A stretch of 59,955 nt of DNA, the filler included, from Circinaria calcarea (Eukaryota), in assembly GCA_051942165.1 (NCBI GenBank). It is 4 parts of 4 records of this genome, joined end to end, with 100 filler letters (N's around TTAATTAATTAA, not from the genome) between each part and the next. Parts side by side here need not be neighbours in the genome. Positions count along the whole stretch, not along the records: positions 30,043 to 44,958 come from JAVECS010000398.1; positions 45,059 to 59,955 come from JAVECS010000399.1; 2 more parts are not named here. One strand, written 5' to 3'. Within the stretch, counting starts at the first letter, position 1. Every line of letters starts with the position of its first letter. Positions 37,063 through 50,021 of this stretch are shown piece by piece. The position numbers were made by a program, and so were the translations under genes. The notes below the pieces were generated by a model, which made no database searches, was not told where the DNA came from, and worked only from the letters and a program-made list of their open reading frames with translations.

Positions 37063-38144
37063 ATGCATTTCGCTTTACCACCACGAAAATCCTCAAACCC
37101 CCCGCTCTACGCGCGAACTTCGAGATCTTCGTCCTTTCGGCGACAGAGACTGAAGCTTGGGGCAATACTAGCATTTGCTACCCTGGTGCTTGTTTTCTTT
37201 GCAATTAGGTTATTCTCTCGCTCGACGGACCAAATACAAATACCCGTTGGAAGCCCCGAAGCTGTTGTCGTTACTCTCTTAGATCCGGGGTTGAGCAAGG
37301 AGTATGTGAACCAAATCAAAGAGAACAGACAGGATTACGCAGATAGACACGGTGTGTTATGAAGCCTCTTGGGGAAATTGTGTATATCATTGATGCTGGG
37401 AGATATAGGTTACAAGACATTCTTCCCCAGCTCAGCGGACTACGATGTTGCGGGCGCCCCCGAGTCATGGGCTCTTGTCCCAGCTCTCCGACATGCGATG
37501 ACACTACACCCGCATGCAACCTATCTTTTGGCATTATCTCCGCATGCCATGATTATGAACCCTTCGCTGTCCCTGAAGAGCTACATCATGGACCCGCAGC
37601 AGCTAGAATCCCTAATGCTGAAGGATAAGCCTGTTGTCCCTCCGGATAGTGTGATTCACACCTTTTCGCATCTCAAAGGAGATAAGATCGATCTGGTCCT
37701 GACGCAGGATGGAGAGGGGCTATGTCAAGAGAGCTTCATACTTCGACAGGGGGACTGGGCGAAATTCTTCCTCGATACATGGTTCGATCCGTTATACAGA
37801 AGCTATAGCTTCGCCAAGGCCGAAGGACACGCGCTGGTAGCACCTTCACTTACTCCATATACCAAACAAGGTGCTACCTGATCTTTATACTGACCATGAG
37901 CAAACAGGAACACGTCGTCCAATGGCACCCAACCATCCTCACAAAACTGGCCCTCATCCCACAACGGACCATCAACTCCTACAGCATCGAGATCCCGTCG
38001 CGCGGCGGAAAGGACGCCATGTACCAGGGCAACGACTTCGTGGTCCGCGCCGTGGGCTGCGAGAAAGATCCGAATAGGCATTGTGACACGGAGCTGGATC
38101 CTTGGTACCAGCAATGGAAAGAGGACCTCAAAAAGGGAAACTGA
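37063..38144 (+). CDS. MNN11: GT34 (GMA12/MNN10 family) mannan polymerase II subunit, Mnn11-like
   Basis: MHFALPPRKSS start, type II TM anchor, ENRQDYADRHGY, WALVPALRHAM, FFLDTWFDPLYRSY, AL/EHVVQWHPTIL; two introns. Confidence 0.85.
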
Positions 38145-38727
38145 AAGTGAAACGGGATGGATGAGGTTCTATAGAAGGGGGCGGGAAAAATTAAGCTCAC
38201 GGTTCCATGTCAGGCGAATCTCTGGCGGGATGAAGATTGAAAACGGGGTAAATGTTTCGATACACTCTGTTCGACATTCCCATTTGGCGCTTTTTTATTA
38301 TACATCATGTTACCATATCCCATATCCGCAAGCCCAAAATCCCTGAACCTAGGTATTCTTGCCCTGCTACTATAGAGTCCGGGGGAAGGGCAGTCCAACC
38401 CACAGCATTCCGGCCCCTGAGGGAATTATTTTCTTTTTTTTTAAAAAAAATATAGGACGAGGGCATGATTTTGCAAGCAAAAAATTCCTTGGTAACATTA
38501 TTTTCCAAAGGTATCGCTGAAAAACTGATTGACCACCCTAATGTAAACGCAACCAAGTCCACCATTCAAAGTTTCCCCCCTTCCCCCCCAACATTCCACG
38601 CTCAAATTCGGACCCCTGTCTGTGCCTCTCTTTCGCTCAAGTACCATGTAATCATTATCATAATTTGTGCAAACCCTTCCATGCTAGACGCTACAATGTA
38701 TACCAATTTCCCCCCCCTCTCTTCCCT

Positions 38728-40557
38728 TTAAGCTAAGTACAACGTATCCAAGAACCCTGTTGCTAGCTGCACCACCACACTTTTGTTCGGCAGACTGCCC
38801 GCCACTCCGTACAGCGCCGCCGCATCGCCGCCCGCACTGCCCTTCTTCCCTTTTCCCTCCACGACTCTCACGCGCTCCTTCTCCTTCTCCCCTTCCAAGG
38901 CCGTCACCAGATCCCCGACCAATCTATCCACCGCAGCCACGATCGGCAGGGTGACGGCGACATGGATGGCCGGGGGGTTCTGCAGCGCGTTGAGATGCCA
39001 GCCTTTCGCTGACATGCTGTCCGCGAGGTCGTAGATGTTGAGTGTGGAGGAGGTGAAAGCGACGACGCTGACGAGGGGCTTGCCGATGATGGTTAAATCG
39101 GGAGAGAGGGAGGGGTGTTCGCGGATGGAGGATTCGATCTTCTTGGTTGCGCCGACGATCTTGTGGCAGGCGTCTATGTAGCCGCTCTCCCCTTGGGCCA
39201 TGAGACTGGCCCAGCAGCCTGCGATTAGGGCCCCGGGGCGGGATCCAGCAATACTGGGCGAGGCATAGACTCCACCGGACCAATCGGGAGATATAAAGTA
39301 TTGGTATGTGCGAAGTTGGGAATTTCGGTAGAGAACGACTGAGTTGCCCTTGGGGGCGAAGCCATATTTGTGCGTGTCGCAGCTTATACTTGTTACACCT
39401 TTCAGGTGAAAGTCGAAAGGTTCGGTCTCGAAGCCTGCTCGGGCGAGAAAGGGGACGAGAAATGAGCCAAGGCAGCAATCGACGTGAAGAGGAATCTTGC
39501 TTTTCAGGGCTAGGCGCGAGAGGGAGCTTATGTCGTCGATGATGCCGTGGGGAAAGTTTGGAGCGGAGCCGACGAGGAGAACGGTGTTGCTGTTAATGAG
39601 TCGAGAGACACTGGGGATGTGAACTTGGTAGGACGGAGAGGGGCAGGCGATGAGATGGACTTTGATTTTGAAATAAGAGCCGGCTTTGCGGAAGGCAGGG
39701 TGAGCGGTTTCGGGTAGGATTCTGCAGCAAAATTTAGTCCGGGTTGTAGGTTCGTCGCACTAGATTCTCGTACATTTCTGGTTCGGTCACTCCTCGCTCA
39801 GTGTAGGCTTTCTGCCGTGCACTGAGACATGCCATGAGGATCGACTCGGTACCCCCACTCGTGGTGACACCAGCAGCCCCCGGAGGAGCATTGAACATGG
39901 CCAGAACCATGGCGACTATCTCGGCTTCCATTTTCCTGACACCAGGAAATACATCTGGGTGTATAGGATTCGCCACCCCGAACCTCTCGAAAGCTTCGGA
40001 TTGAAGCTTGATCAGCTCATGACCTCCATGGTAGACTGCTCCGCTAACGAGACCATCCTCCCACCGCGTATGATCCATCTCACTTAATTTTTCCAGCTCA
40101 GCCCTGACTTGTTGATCCGTCCATCCTTCTTTGGGTAATGTCAAATACCGACTGACGCCTGGTCCCTTGGGTACCAGTTTCCCCTCCAGTTTGCCAATCG
40201 CCTCTGCCACCTGTTTTTGAACCTGTGACCGTACGCCCGGGGCTCTCAGAAACAGGCCGTACAAGGTTCTCCACACATCAGTGTATAGATCTATTGTAGT
40301 ACCGATTATGCCCCGACCCTTCAGCTTCAGAGCTACTTTTCGGGTCCATCGTAATAGGAAAAGGAAGAAGATGAGGTTGCGCAACCTAGAATAGGTTCCA
40401 ACATCTCAGCTCTGGAAACGCAAGGGAAACGCCTCATAGAAACAGTGAGGGGTGTGCCTCACAAATCAACATTCTTCCAGGCAAGTAGACTTCTTGGGCT
40501 TGCCGTCCCATTCGGCAGACCCTTGGGGAGACTGATCGGCATCCTGGATGAGCCCAT
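38728..40557 (-). CDS. DPL1: Sphinganine-1-phosphate lyase
   Basis: VSGAVYHG, NPIHPDVFPGVRKMEAE, TSGGTESILMA, HVDCCLGSF, SCDTHKYGFAPKG (PLP lysine), GWHLNALQNPPAIH; two introns. Confidence 0.96.
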
Positions 40558-41243
40558 GTTGATGTGTGAGCTACCTATGCCCACGGGAAAACGGACAAGT
40601 AAGGACGAGCGAGGTAGCAAAGCCCTACTGGGTACTCTATATAGTGGGATGTTCACATGGCGCATTGTGTCATTTTGGGTCTAGTGACGGGGAATCGGCG
40701 TTTCTATTGATCATCCGGAGCCGAGGTGCCGAGCTATTGGGAGAATAACTTCATCTATGAATCTGACAACACGGAAGCCCAAGTGTTGGTTGTAGCCTCA
40801 AAGGATGTGAACAAGAGCATATGTTGAGGCTCACGCTATGGAGAGAACATGCATGTCTAGTCTACAGAGATCTATTTCTTCGCAACAAGCAGTACAAGGC
40901 AATAGAATGCTCTCCTTTGTGACAGATAGCGGTCGAACGAGTTTCCACACCACCTCAAGACTTTCTATAGAGACATCCTCTAGCTCTAAACTCGTTGCTT
41001 TCTTAGCTTCGGTTGGACCTCGATTATGCCGCCTCTCCGATATAAGTAGTGGGGACTAACAACCTATGTATCTCCTTATTAACTTTGACGCCGAGTATAT
41101 GGATGATCGTGGCTGTTTACGAGGTCACGATTGCCTCTCTTTGAACTCCCTGAGCCTTGTTCACATTGGAGGCTGGAACAGCATGTCTGCTGCGATGGCT
41201 ACCAGTCGACCCTCGTTTCCATGAGCGTTCCACACTGGTTAAC

Positions 41244-41504
41244 TCATCGCGGGACCATTGACTCGATATAGTATCCTGGGTCCGGCCTTCTGACCTCCTT
41301 CATTTCTGATGTGGTCAACGCATGCTCCACCTCTGACACCGCAACCAGCTCCTTGACTTTCATGACTTGACCTGCGACATCGGGGCTGACAGGAAGAAAC
41401 ACGGTCTTCATGCGCTTCCGTAAGCCTAATGCTGCGAGAACACCCTGTGTCTTCTTTGGTAAACCGATAGCCGACCGGATAAGGGTGATCTTGAAAAAGG
41501 CCAT
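41244..41504 (-). CDS. MRPL33: Mitochondrial ribosomal protein uL30m (L33)
   Basis: [16 protein letters not shown]...[11 protein letters not shown]...[12 protein letters not shown]; probable 5' UTR intron at 41541-41595. Confidence 0.93.
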   Translation of the reverse strand: MAFFKITLIRSAIGLPKKTQGVLAALGLRKRMKTVFLPVSPDVAGQVMKVKELVAVSEVEHALTTSEMKEVRRPDPGYYIESMVPR

Positions 41505-41842
41505 GATTTCCAAGGGATGTGAGGATGTGAATGCAACCACCTAAATATATCGATTGATTAGTCATAAGTGCAATCCACAATAGAAAACCACCAACCTCGT
41601 GACAGATGTAATAGTATACAATGCCTCTTAGTCTGTACAGTTAGAGCGATTCGTTGAAGTGCATGTTGGGGGTTGTTGTTGTTGGTATCTATCATAAGAG
41701 GGCTGAATCGGTTCCTCTAAATCGGTTGTTGGTCCGTGCGGAACTCTTATATTCCTACCTTTTAAGTCCGAGTGAGTTACACATTTGAAGCTTGCTCAGA
41801 GGTAGAATGAAACATTAACCAAAGGAAACAGATTGTGCCGTC

Positions 41843-44089
41843 ATGGCAGAATTCGAGGGCGTCAGCATAAAGCTCGCCGAGCTTCTGCGGCACCCCGAGG
41901 ATCTCGACAAGATTCCTGCCTTGAAGGCGGAGTTCATGCGGAAGAAGGCAGCTGTCGACAGTCAGTTGAAGCTTGGGCTGAAAGAACAATTGGAAATAAC
42001 ACAGTCTGGAATGAGCTCTATCAGTGAAAGCCAACGCATCGTCAGTCAAATCAAGGAGGAAATGATGAAGATCGACAAACTATGCGCCGAATCACAAAAC
42101 ATGATCAAGGACTTCCCAAATATCAACGTCGTCTCGCAAATACATCGAAACTTCTCGCAGGTCGAGACAATGAAGTCCCATATCGACACATTTAATGATA
42201 AACTGAAAGATCTCGAACAACTCTTACTGGACGATGAGCAGGATCTAGAGAACCAGCCAAACCTGCTCAACGTTCATTACGGCCTTACTCAGCTACGGGA
42301 TATCCGCGACGATGCTATGGATCAGATTAAGAGGGCATCAGATATCTCTTTGGAGAGCACTTTGCAGGACTACTTCATTAGGCTAGATGAAGTTGTAGGA
42401 GTATTTGATGAGCATGTCGGCACTGCTTGCATTAATCTAATACCCTTGGTGCAGTCGGACAACAGAAGCATGGTCGTTCGCCTAGCTCTGATTATAGAGG
42501 AAGAGGAAAAGAGTGACATGAAGGTAAAAGCAATGCAGGAAGCTCAAAAGGAGTATAAGGAGCTTGCATCCAAATTCAAGTCCATCAACGCCGGACCCAA
42601 ACAGCTCAGGGGTTACAAGGAGAAGTTCCTCAAAGCAATCGAATACTATGCCAAAGCTCAGTTTGATGCATCGGAGCAGGAATTCCTTGAAGACTCAGAC
42701 AGACTTGAGAAGAGTCTGAAATGGTATTTCAACGATTTAAACACCGTCAAGCTGGGTATGGTTGGTCTGATGCCTAAGAAATGGAAGATTTTCAAAACAT
42801 ACACGACCATCTACCACAACCTTATGCACGACTGGCTTATCAACCTTGTCGACGATGACAGGTCTAGCCCGGCTCATATACTGAGCATCATTCATTGGAG
42901 TGAGAAATACTATGCGAAGATAGCCAAGCTAGGCTGGAGTCCAACTGATCTACAACCGCAGCTTCTGGATGACAGGGAGGCTGAGCTTGTTCGTGATTGG
43001 AGACAACTTATTATCAATTCAGTTGATGAATGGATGGGTCGCATGTTTACAACAGATAAAAAATCTTTCTTGGACCGCAAGCCTGATACTCTCGACAACG
43101 ATGCGCACGGCTACTTTCGTACCAAAACCCTACCGGATATGTGGCGAATGCTAAGGGAGCAGACCTTGGTGGCCGGCAATTCTGACCGCACGGACGTGAC
43201 CGAGGGTGTCCTTGATGAAATGTTCCGGGCTTTGAAGAGACGACAAGCGTATTGGCAGAAGCTGGTCGATGACGAGTCTACAAAGTACAAGAGCGGAGCG
43301 GAAGATCCAGATGGACTCCAGATGCTGCAGGACTGGCTTGTGGCAATCGCAAATGATCAAATTTCCTGCATTGATGATAACGAGGAGACTGGTCAGCTTG
43401 GATATCTTACGCGGTTTCAACGTGATTTCGAGCCTCTGGTCACACCCGCCTACTTGACCATTGCCAATAACGAACTAGATGCCATACGCGATGGCTACGT
43501 AGACCTTGGAACTCATTGTATCGCAACGTTCGTATCCCTTATCTTCAGCGTTGACTTTCGCTCTATAATGAGTGAGTTTTTCACTCCAAAGTGGTATAGC
43601 GAGTACGGGATGAAGCGAATTACCTCAACGTTCGAAGATTACATTGGCGACTACTCCGAAGTTCTACACTCGAGCATGCTTGACATCCTGGTCGAGGAAC
43701 TATCCGACACTTTACTGGTCCGCTACCTACTTTCCGTACGCAACAAAGGTGCCAAATTCCGGAGATCCGAAAACTTTACAGCCAAGTTCAAAGACGATGT
43801 TGTCACGGCCTGGGACTTCTTCAAGAAGTTCCCCGAGTTCAACTCGATAAAGCAAAAGTGGAAGGTGGTGGACTACCTTGTCAAATTACTGGAAGCTGAC
43901 AAAACAGGAGTAGCCACCGTCTACGAGGCCTTTAAGCGGGAATACTGGGATCTGCAGCTTAGCTGGGTCGAGAGCGTGCTGAGGTCGAGAGATGACTATG
44001 ACAGGGGCATGTTGAGCAGCGTCAAGGCGAGGGCTGCGGTAGTCTATGTGGAAAGATCGACGGAGACAATTATGAGTAAGGTCAAATGA
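41843..44089 (+). CDS. SEC6: Exocyst complex component Sec6
   Basis: 748-aa intronless helical protein: LAELLRHPEDLDKI...RKKAAVDSQLK, WLVAIANDQ, YWDLQLSWVESVLRSRDD...TIMSKVK. Confidence 0.93.
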   Translation: MAEFEGVSIKLAELLRHPEDLDKIPALKAEFMRKKAAVDSQLKLGLKEQLEITQSGMSSISESQRIVSQIKEEMMKIDKLCAESQNMIKDFPNINVVSQIHRNFSQVETMKSHIDTFNDKLKDLEQLLLDDEQDLENQPNLLNVHYGLTQLRDIRDDAMDQIKRASDISLESTLQDYFIRLDEVVGVFDEHVGTACINLIPLVQSDNRSMVVRLALIIEEEEKSDMKVKAMQEAQKEYKELASKFKSINAGPKQLRGYKEKFLKAIEYYAKAQFDASEQEFLEDSDRLEKSLKWYFNDLNTVKLGMVGLMPKKWKIFKTYTTIYHNLMHDWLINLVDDDRSSPAHILSIIHWSEKYYAKIAKLGWSPTDLQPQLLDDREAELVRDWRQLIINSVDEWMGRMFTTDKKSFLDRKPDTLDNDAHGYFRTKTLPDMWRMLREQTLVAGNSDRTDVTEGVLDEMFRALKRRQAYWQKLVDDESTKYKSGAEDPDGLQMLQDWLVAIANDQISCIDDNEETGQLGYLTRFQRDFEPLVTPAYLTIANNELDAIRDGYVDLGTHCIATFVSLIFSVDFRSIMSEFFTPKWYSEYGMKRITSTFEDYIGDYSEVLHSSMLDILVEELSDTLLVRYLLSVRNKGAKFRRSENFTAKFKDDVVTAWDFFKKFPEFNSIKQKWKVVDYLVKLLEADKTGVATVYEAFKREYWDLQLSWVESVLRSRDDYDRGMLSSVKARAAVVYVERSTETIMSKVK

Positions 44090-44958
44090 GTCAGGAACTT
44101 GTCAGGCGACCAAGCAAATCCCCAATCTTGCGCCAGATTATCCTACATCTGGATACCACACGGTGTCGATTGTCAGTAGTCTCCGGGCCGACTGGACAGG
44201 GTGCCGAGATTGAAGACCGGTCCGGAATGCTCCTGAAGACAGTCTCGCTACTAAAGGTGAAAAGAAGAGCGAGAAGGGTAGGAGGTTGCGATGAGGCAGG
44301 AGTGATGGAATGGGAAAGCGCGCAAGAGCGGGAAGGTACGATGGAGGGAGAAACCTTGAGCGAGGTGGAGGAACATGAGGAGATATTGTCCGGTACCCAG
44401 GCACCCAGGCACCCAGACCAGTGGGAGGATTAGAAGATACCAAGGAGCAGGGCACGAGGTTAGACTATCGCCTATCTCGGCTCGTGAGGCGCGGACAGCT
44501 CTCCTTCACAGACGACAAGTAGGAAATGATGCGGCGCAGAACAACCAATAAACACCCATAGTACCGTGCAGCGGGGACCAATGCTGGATCCCACCGTGCG
44601 TCTGGGAAAAAAAAGGTCATGGGGTTCTGAACGGCAAGGGCATCCCATCACTTTTTATCAACCTGTTGAGCTGTGGATAGTGGGTTAGGAAGCAGAATGA
44701 GAATCTGGAAATGAGAGGTTGAAGCAGATTGACACAGATTTGGAAACCTTTGCGCAAGTGGTAATGATCCTCCTTGCAAGCTGGGCAACTAAAAGCAAGA
44801 TTATCCCGTTTTTACCAGTTAGCCATAGCTTTCATCGTACCTTGTATTTGGCATCTGCATGGCCCACCACTCAACATCATCTCCCTTCCCTTCTCCCTTC
44901 ATTCCCCCCCCCCTTTTTTTTCGGGAGCCAAACCCACACCCAATCCACCACCTCACCT

Positions 44959-45058
44959 NNNNNNNNNNNNNNNNNNNNNNNNNNNNNNNNNNNNNNNNNN
45001 NNTTAATTAATTAANNNNNNNNNNNNNNNNNNNNNNNNNNNNNNNNNNNNNNNNNNNN
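44959..45058. other. Artificial contig-joining spacer
   Basis: N44-TTAATTAATTAA-N44. Confidence 0.98.
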
Positions 45059-45809
45059 GATCTTGGGAAGCATCATGGACCCCGGCTGCGACGTCACTCA
45101 GTATAGGAGGAGGCTGCTCCGCAAGCTCCAACCAACTTGGAACATCAGCGACCCCTATGCGAAGCCCCCGGGGTGGATAGACAGATGCGTGAGCGGCACC
45201 TTTTGGGAAAACCCAGATCCCTGGTACCTCAGGACCCACAACATGTCGATGAATTACAGGATGGTAGACATAACCAGCTGCGGATCCCGCCTGGCGAACG
45301 GAAGCACAGCGAGTATTTTGTGTGAAGTCTCGGTAAACTGCGGGTGTACGATAGTTGCTCCGTTTTCGTTGATATTTGGAGCCATAACCGCGGTGGAGGG
45401 GAGCAACCTCGGCGACACCTCTGCTTACCTAGACGAAAACGACAGGATAGTCCTGAAAGACGGACTGGGGTTGGTGCAGGTCGGAGATGTAGGCAGGGCC
45501 TTCAAGATGGTAGCGTTTGGAGGTGACGTCAACTCCCACAAGTCTTATGCCTCCAGCTGCAGGAGCACCAAAGTTGACAAGCCTGTAGTCCCCAAGCTAC
45601 CGTGGCCCAGTGGCAGGGCGCTGGTAAGGGAGGAATTCATCCACAACATCACAGACGTGATGAGAGACTACGGGTACGTGGAAACCGGAGGCTCCGGGAA
45701 CTTGCTGATATGCAGAAACCACGTCGTAGGTCAGTACAAGATCGTAGGAGTTTGCATCGACGATTTTATTCCAAACGAAAAAGGAGAAAGCGCAGTAACT
45801 ATACGATAA
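45059..45809 (+). CDS. 3' fragment of an uncharacterised protein, 5' end cut off by contig edge
   Basis: Frame open from the contig edge for about 250 codons with no intron; protein-like Cys/Gly/Trp-containing composition. Confidence 0.75.
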
Positions 45810-45932
45810 GCAAAATTAGCTCGGCGTTGAATAAACAGGCGGTATAAATTATTGAAAGACGCGTGTGCGCACGCAAATAGTGTTCGGCGCGCGGGGAAAT
45901 ATCACTCGAAATTACTATGTACAGAGTACATA

Positions 45933-46098
45933 CAGTCGTACAGACAGCTCGGGTTAGAATACACACGGGGGGGCCGTATTATGATGATACTGTAAATACT
46001 GACCCTGATCCCCCTGTTTTTCCCACACCAAAAAACGGTTCCGTGCAGTAAATTACCACACCCTAGTGTATCCTAACCCCGAACTGTTCCGCCCTCTG
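45933..46098. mobile_element. Candidate degenerate Tc1/mariner-type MITE
   Basis: Imperfect inverted repeat 45944-45964 vs 46066-46087 (19/22 match); outer ends TA|CAG ... CTG|TA. Confidence 0.5.
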
Positions 46099-46619
46099 TA
46101 TACTACCCATACCTCCCTTACCTGGCTATTTAAAAAAAAGATCCAGATCCTACGAAGCCCAGTATCCATGCCAAACTTTTTTTTTTTTGGGGTGGAGAGC
46201 CCCCGCCCACACCGAGTCGTTTCAGTTGCATTATCATATTAGCTTTGTTTGCCATTGTCTTTGGTGCCACGGCCTCCCTTCACAGCCTCGCCTTGGAAGC
46301 TTGTTGGGGTTTAAACCGGTACACTTGGGAATTTATTACCTCGACAATAAGCGATGTATTGGACCGATGTTTCAGGAGGATAAATCTGATTGCTGCTGAT
46401 TTCCACAATATATATCTCCCTCCACTATGGTTTCTTGCGCTTGTGATTTGTGCCATGTGCTATTATGTACTCAACCACATGGTCCCATTTGCATTTCCCC
46501 CTTATATTTCTGCAGCACATGTATGTGCAAACGTGGCTATATCATGCGACACGTGCAATTGCACCTCTCGTCTGGCGGTAAGCGGACGAGGAACTCGCCT
46601 GGCCCTGGATAAAAGATAA

Positions 46620-47910
46620 CTATACATTGTTATCCCGCCCTGGTGGCGTGATCTGATGATAATTATACTTGAGATCGGACTCCGAAACAACGCTGATGTC
46701 AACCCTTCTGGTATTACCTCCTCCATGAAGCGGAGGCATAGACGATTCGTCGTAGGCTTTGTTCAAGTGCATAGGTCGAGGACTCTGTTCGGGCACGAGG
46801 GTCTTCCCGCTAGAATGCGATCCTTTCCTGGAAGCCTCCCGTATTTTGCTGAATAGAGGGCGAAGCGTCGGAATTGACGCGATATTCATGGCAAGCTGTA
46901 CCTCCAGCACCGACCACAGTGCCGGCGTGTAGATTCCCCCTATCTAATTGTCAGTGTCCGGTGGATAATAAGGAGATTTCGGGAATGGCTTACAAGTATA
47001 GTCCGCGTCAAAGACTCCTTTCAGTGTGACTGCTTTAGCTATGGCGCAGCCAGCGGTGCTAGTGAAAGATGAGCGTACGAAGATATCACGGCTGTAATGG
47101 GATCTTACAAGACGCCAAGGCCCATGAGGATGCATATGGCCACTTTCGTTGAAGTTTTCATCTGTAGCTTGTAAATAGTGGCAACCGGGATGACAGCACA
47201 AGCTAAATCCGTAAAGGCGTCGAGGCCTTTCTCTAGCGTTAGCTAATCTGTAATGGCAGTTATGTAACAATGTCTTACCAATTGCGATATATGCGGCCGT
47301 GTAAGTTAGACGGCTGGAGTAGCATTCACCTTGGACTTGTGGATTCCAGACAGCATGGAGAGGCCTGCATTGGAGAACGTATAGGAGAAGAGGCACAATA
47401 TGGCAGATCACCACAGCAATCATAAGGAGCTTGAGGAACCGTGCAATCCCTTTGGAAGTTTGGTCAATGAGCCTTAGGATTAAAAGGCAAACGGAAATTT
47501 TGACCAATGCAAGTGCAATCACTTCGACAATCTGCGCCCATGTACTCCATTTCAGTGTCTCGGAGATGTTCTCTGGCGTCACACAGAAAATGTGTCTCCC
47601 CACCCCTGCTTGAAACATCTTGGTGAAGAGCGCATTGTCGATGATGCTAGTGATCTGACATTTCGTTAGCTACTCATTTCATGCGGTGCCTCATCACTCG
47701 TTCTGCTTAACTTACTAGAGCTATAACCATGGTGTAATCATCCCAGCCAAGACTATGACGAAGGCAGGTCTTGACATAGAGCCGCAGAACGACAATAATG
47801 GTAGCTGTAGATCCCAACGTCCATGCTAGAACTAGGGGGGCCGGGCCACGATCCAGTTCGCACAGGACAACTAACTCAGCGGGCGGTATGTTTGCCAATG
47901 CGCTTGCCAT
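46620..47910 (-). CDS. PTH11-like integral membrane protein (fungal rhodopsin-domain family), no CFEM domain
   Basis: VVLRLYVK...LGWDDYTMVIAL, GVGRH, LVKISVCLLILRL, QCRPLHAVW, IASIPTLRPLF motifs; four introns. Confidence 0.88.
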
Positions 47911-50021
47911 GATGATTGTTTACCTGAATAGTATTAGATAGAAAACCTTTTGAAATAATAGGAGCAAGAAGGATCTCCTATGGCGTAGCGAAGAAAGAAA
48001 GGAAGAAGGGAGGTGCCGAAACTGGGGTATAGATATATCCAGCGGTCAGAGATCAAAACAGAATGGATTGGAAGTACGATCCCATCGCTCCCATTACTCA
48101 ACGGCTGAGTCCATCACGACTCGCCGCAGGCACCACCCAAAGGCTTACTTTTTGGCAATGCGCCACACAGCAGATATATCATTCTCCTAATTGTGGATGG
48201 TAGAACACAGCAATAATTGGCCCCTAGACTAGAAGGACAGATTGTGGATGTACGGCGAGTGGACAACCTGCCGCATCAAAGATGACCAATGGTGGTAGGA
48301 GGGCCACTACTGTGGGTTAGACATGGTGTAACTAGCCGACATCTTCTGGGAAGATTGACCACAAAGCATGGCTATGCCGATGATTCCGTAGGACCTTCAG
48401 TCATAGGAAGTCTTGCAGAAAATTTCTATAGGTCGTTTCTGTGCTCGATTGAGGCGCTGTATGACTTTACTGATTTGCTACCACTGTTCGTTTGATTAGT
48501 GACACTGTGTATTATTCATGGGAGGTGCCTCTTGTTTGCATCATTCTCCCTCCCGAAAGTCTTATTCGACGCCCCAGCTAGGCAAGTCAGAATAAAGTGG
48601 TTGCAACTGATCAAGAATAAGAATCCACCATCCCCACACCTACCCCATACCAAAGATGTTAAGTAGTGGTCCCGGGTCTCTGGGTAGGTGACTTCTAGCA
48701 AATTTGGTATCTACAGAGTAGGCGTTTCGTAGGGGGGATCGGATGCCATTCGGAATAGTAGTGCTGACACCGCTAGTCCTTCTCACAGAAGAGGAAAGGA
48801 GTAGCATTCAGTGAAGTGTCTGAAGCCATGTGTCAGGTTCTAAGAAGAAATATTACGCCTCTTCCATACCTTAGCTCCGTTTCAGTTCAAGGCTACCATG
48901 TAGTTAATTCTCCGTACCATACTCATGCAGGCACGGTCCACGTCAAAGATCTGGCTGGAGCAAGACTAACCCTTTCAAGTCTTTCCGGCTGCTCGTAAGT
49001 ATCAAGTAGGTATCTTACTAAGTACTTTGTATCTTCGATACCTTTGGAGAGTATCCCATAGAGCCTTTCAACCATGGCTCAATTTCGCGCGAAGAAGCTG
49101 GATCTGAGTTGCTTCGTGAACATCCGAACCATACGCGACCACACGAAGAGAAAAGTCTTTGAGCAGTACGAGACTGAAAGGTATAGCACATCCGCCGCCA
49201 AATGTCCATTGCTCCGAATCTACACGGCTGTGTTCGCATGAGGCTCGGGTCTACTATGCTGACCCAGAGATACCTCGTACAGACAGGCACTTCGATATAT
49301 CATCCGCAACACCACCTTACCGCCCCGAACACGCGCCCAAGCCCAACTCCAGCTATCCCAAATGCATGCGTACACAAGGCCTACGCAAATCCGAAATCGA
49401 TGCATAGAAGGTGGGAAGGGAAGGGGTGTCTTTGGCGACTTTCGTATGGCACGGGTATGCATCGTGATATGACAGGACCTTGCTGTGCAGCTCTAATCTG
49501 AAGCTTCATAGTTCCCATTCCGGTTGAACGCTCTAGCTGGGAACCTCCCGGGCGTGAAGAAGGCTAGCTGGTAATCCGTTTAATTCGACACTCGAGGAAG
49601 GAGGGAGCTGTAGCGAACTTCTGTACAATCATCAACATGAGCATTGGGTGGTGTTATGGCTGAGTGGAATTGATCTGGAAAGGCATGGGTTGCATGATCA
49701 TGATGTACTGTACCAATTGAGCGCAATCAACGTCCTCTTCAGCTCTATCTATCCTGCTGTTTGATGAAAATCTCGGCTAGTGACATCCCCTCCCATTCCC
49801 CATCTCATGCCTTCAATCTAACTTGAACATTCACATTCGGGCAACGCAAACATTCACTGCTCATCACGTTCTCGCACTGAACAAAATACTGCTTTCTAGG
49901 AGGCTTGTATTCTCCACCAGCGCTTTCACAAGTGTTATATTTTCCGAAGCAACATTAGTACCTGATCGCTTTGGAAAGATCATTACGACACCATCGAACT
50001 CTCATCTCACTGCCATCAGAC

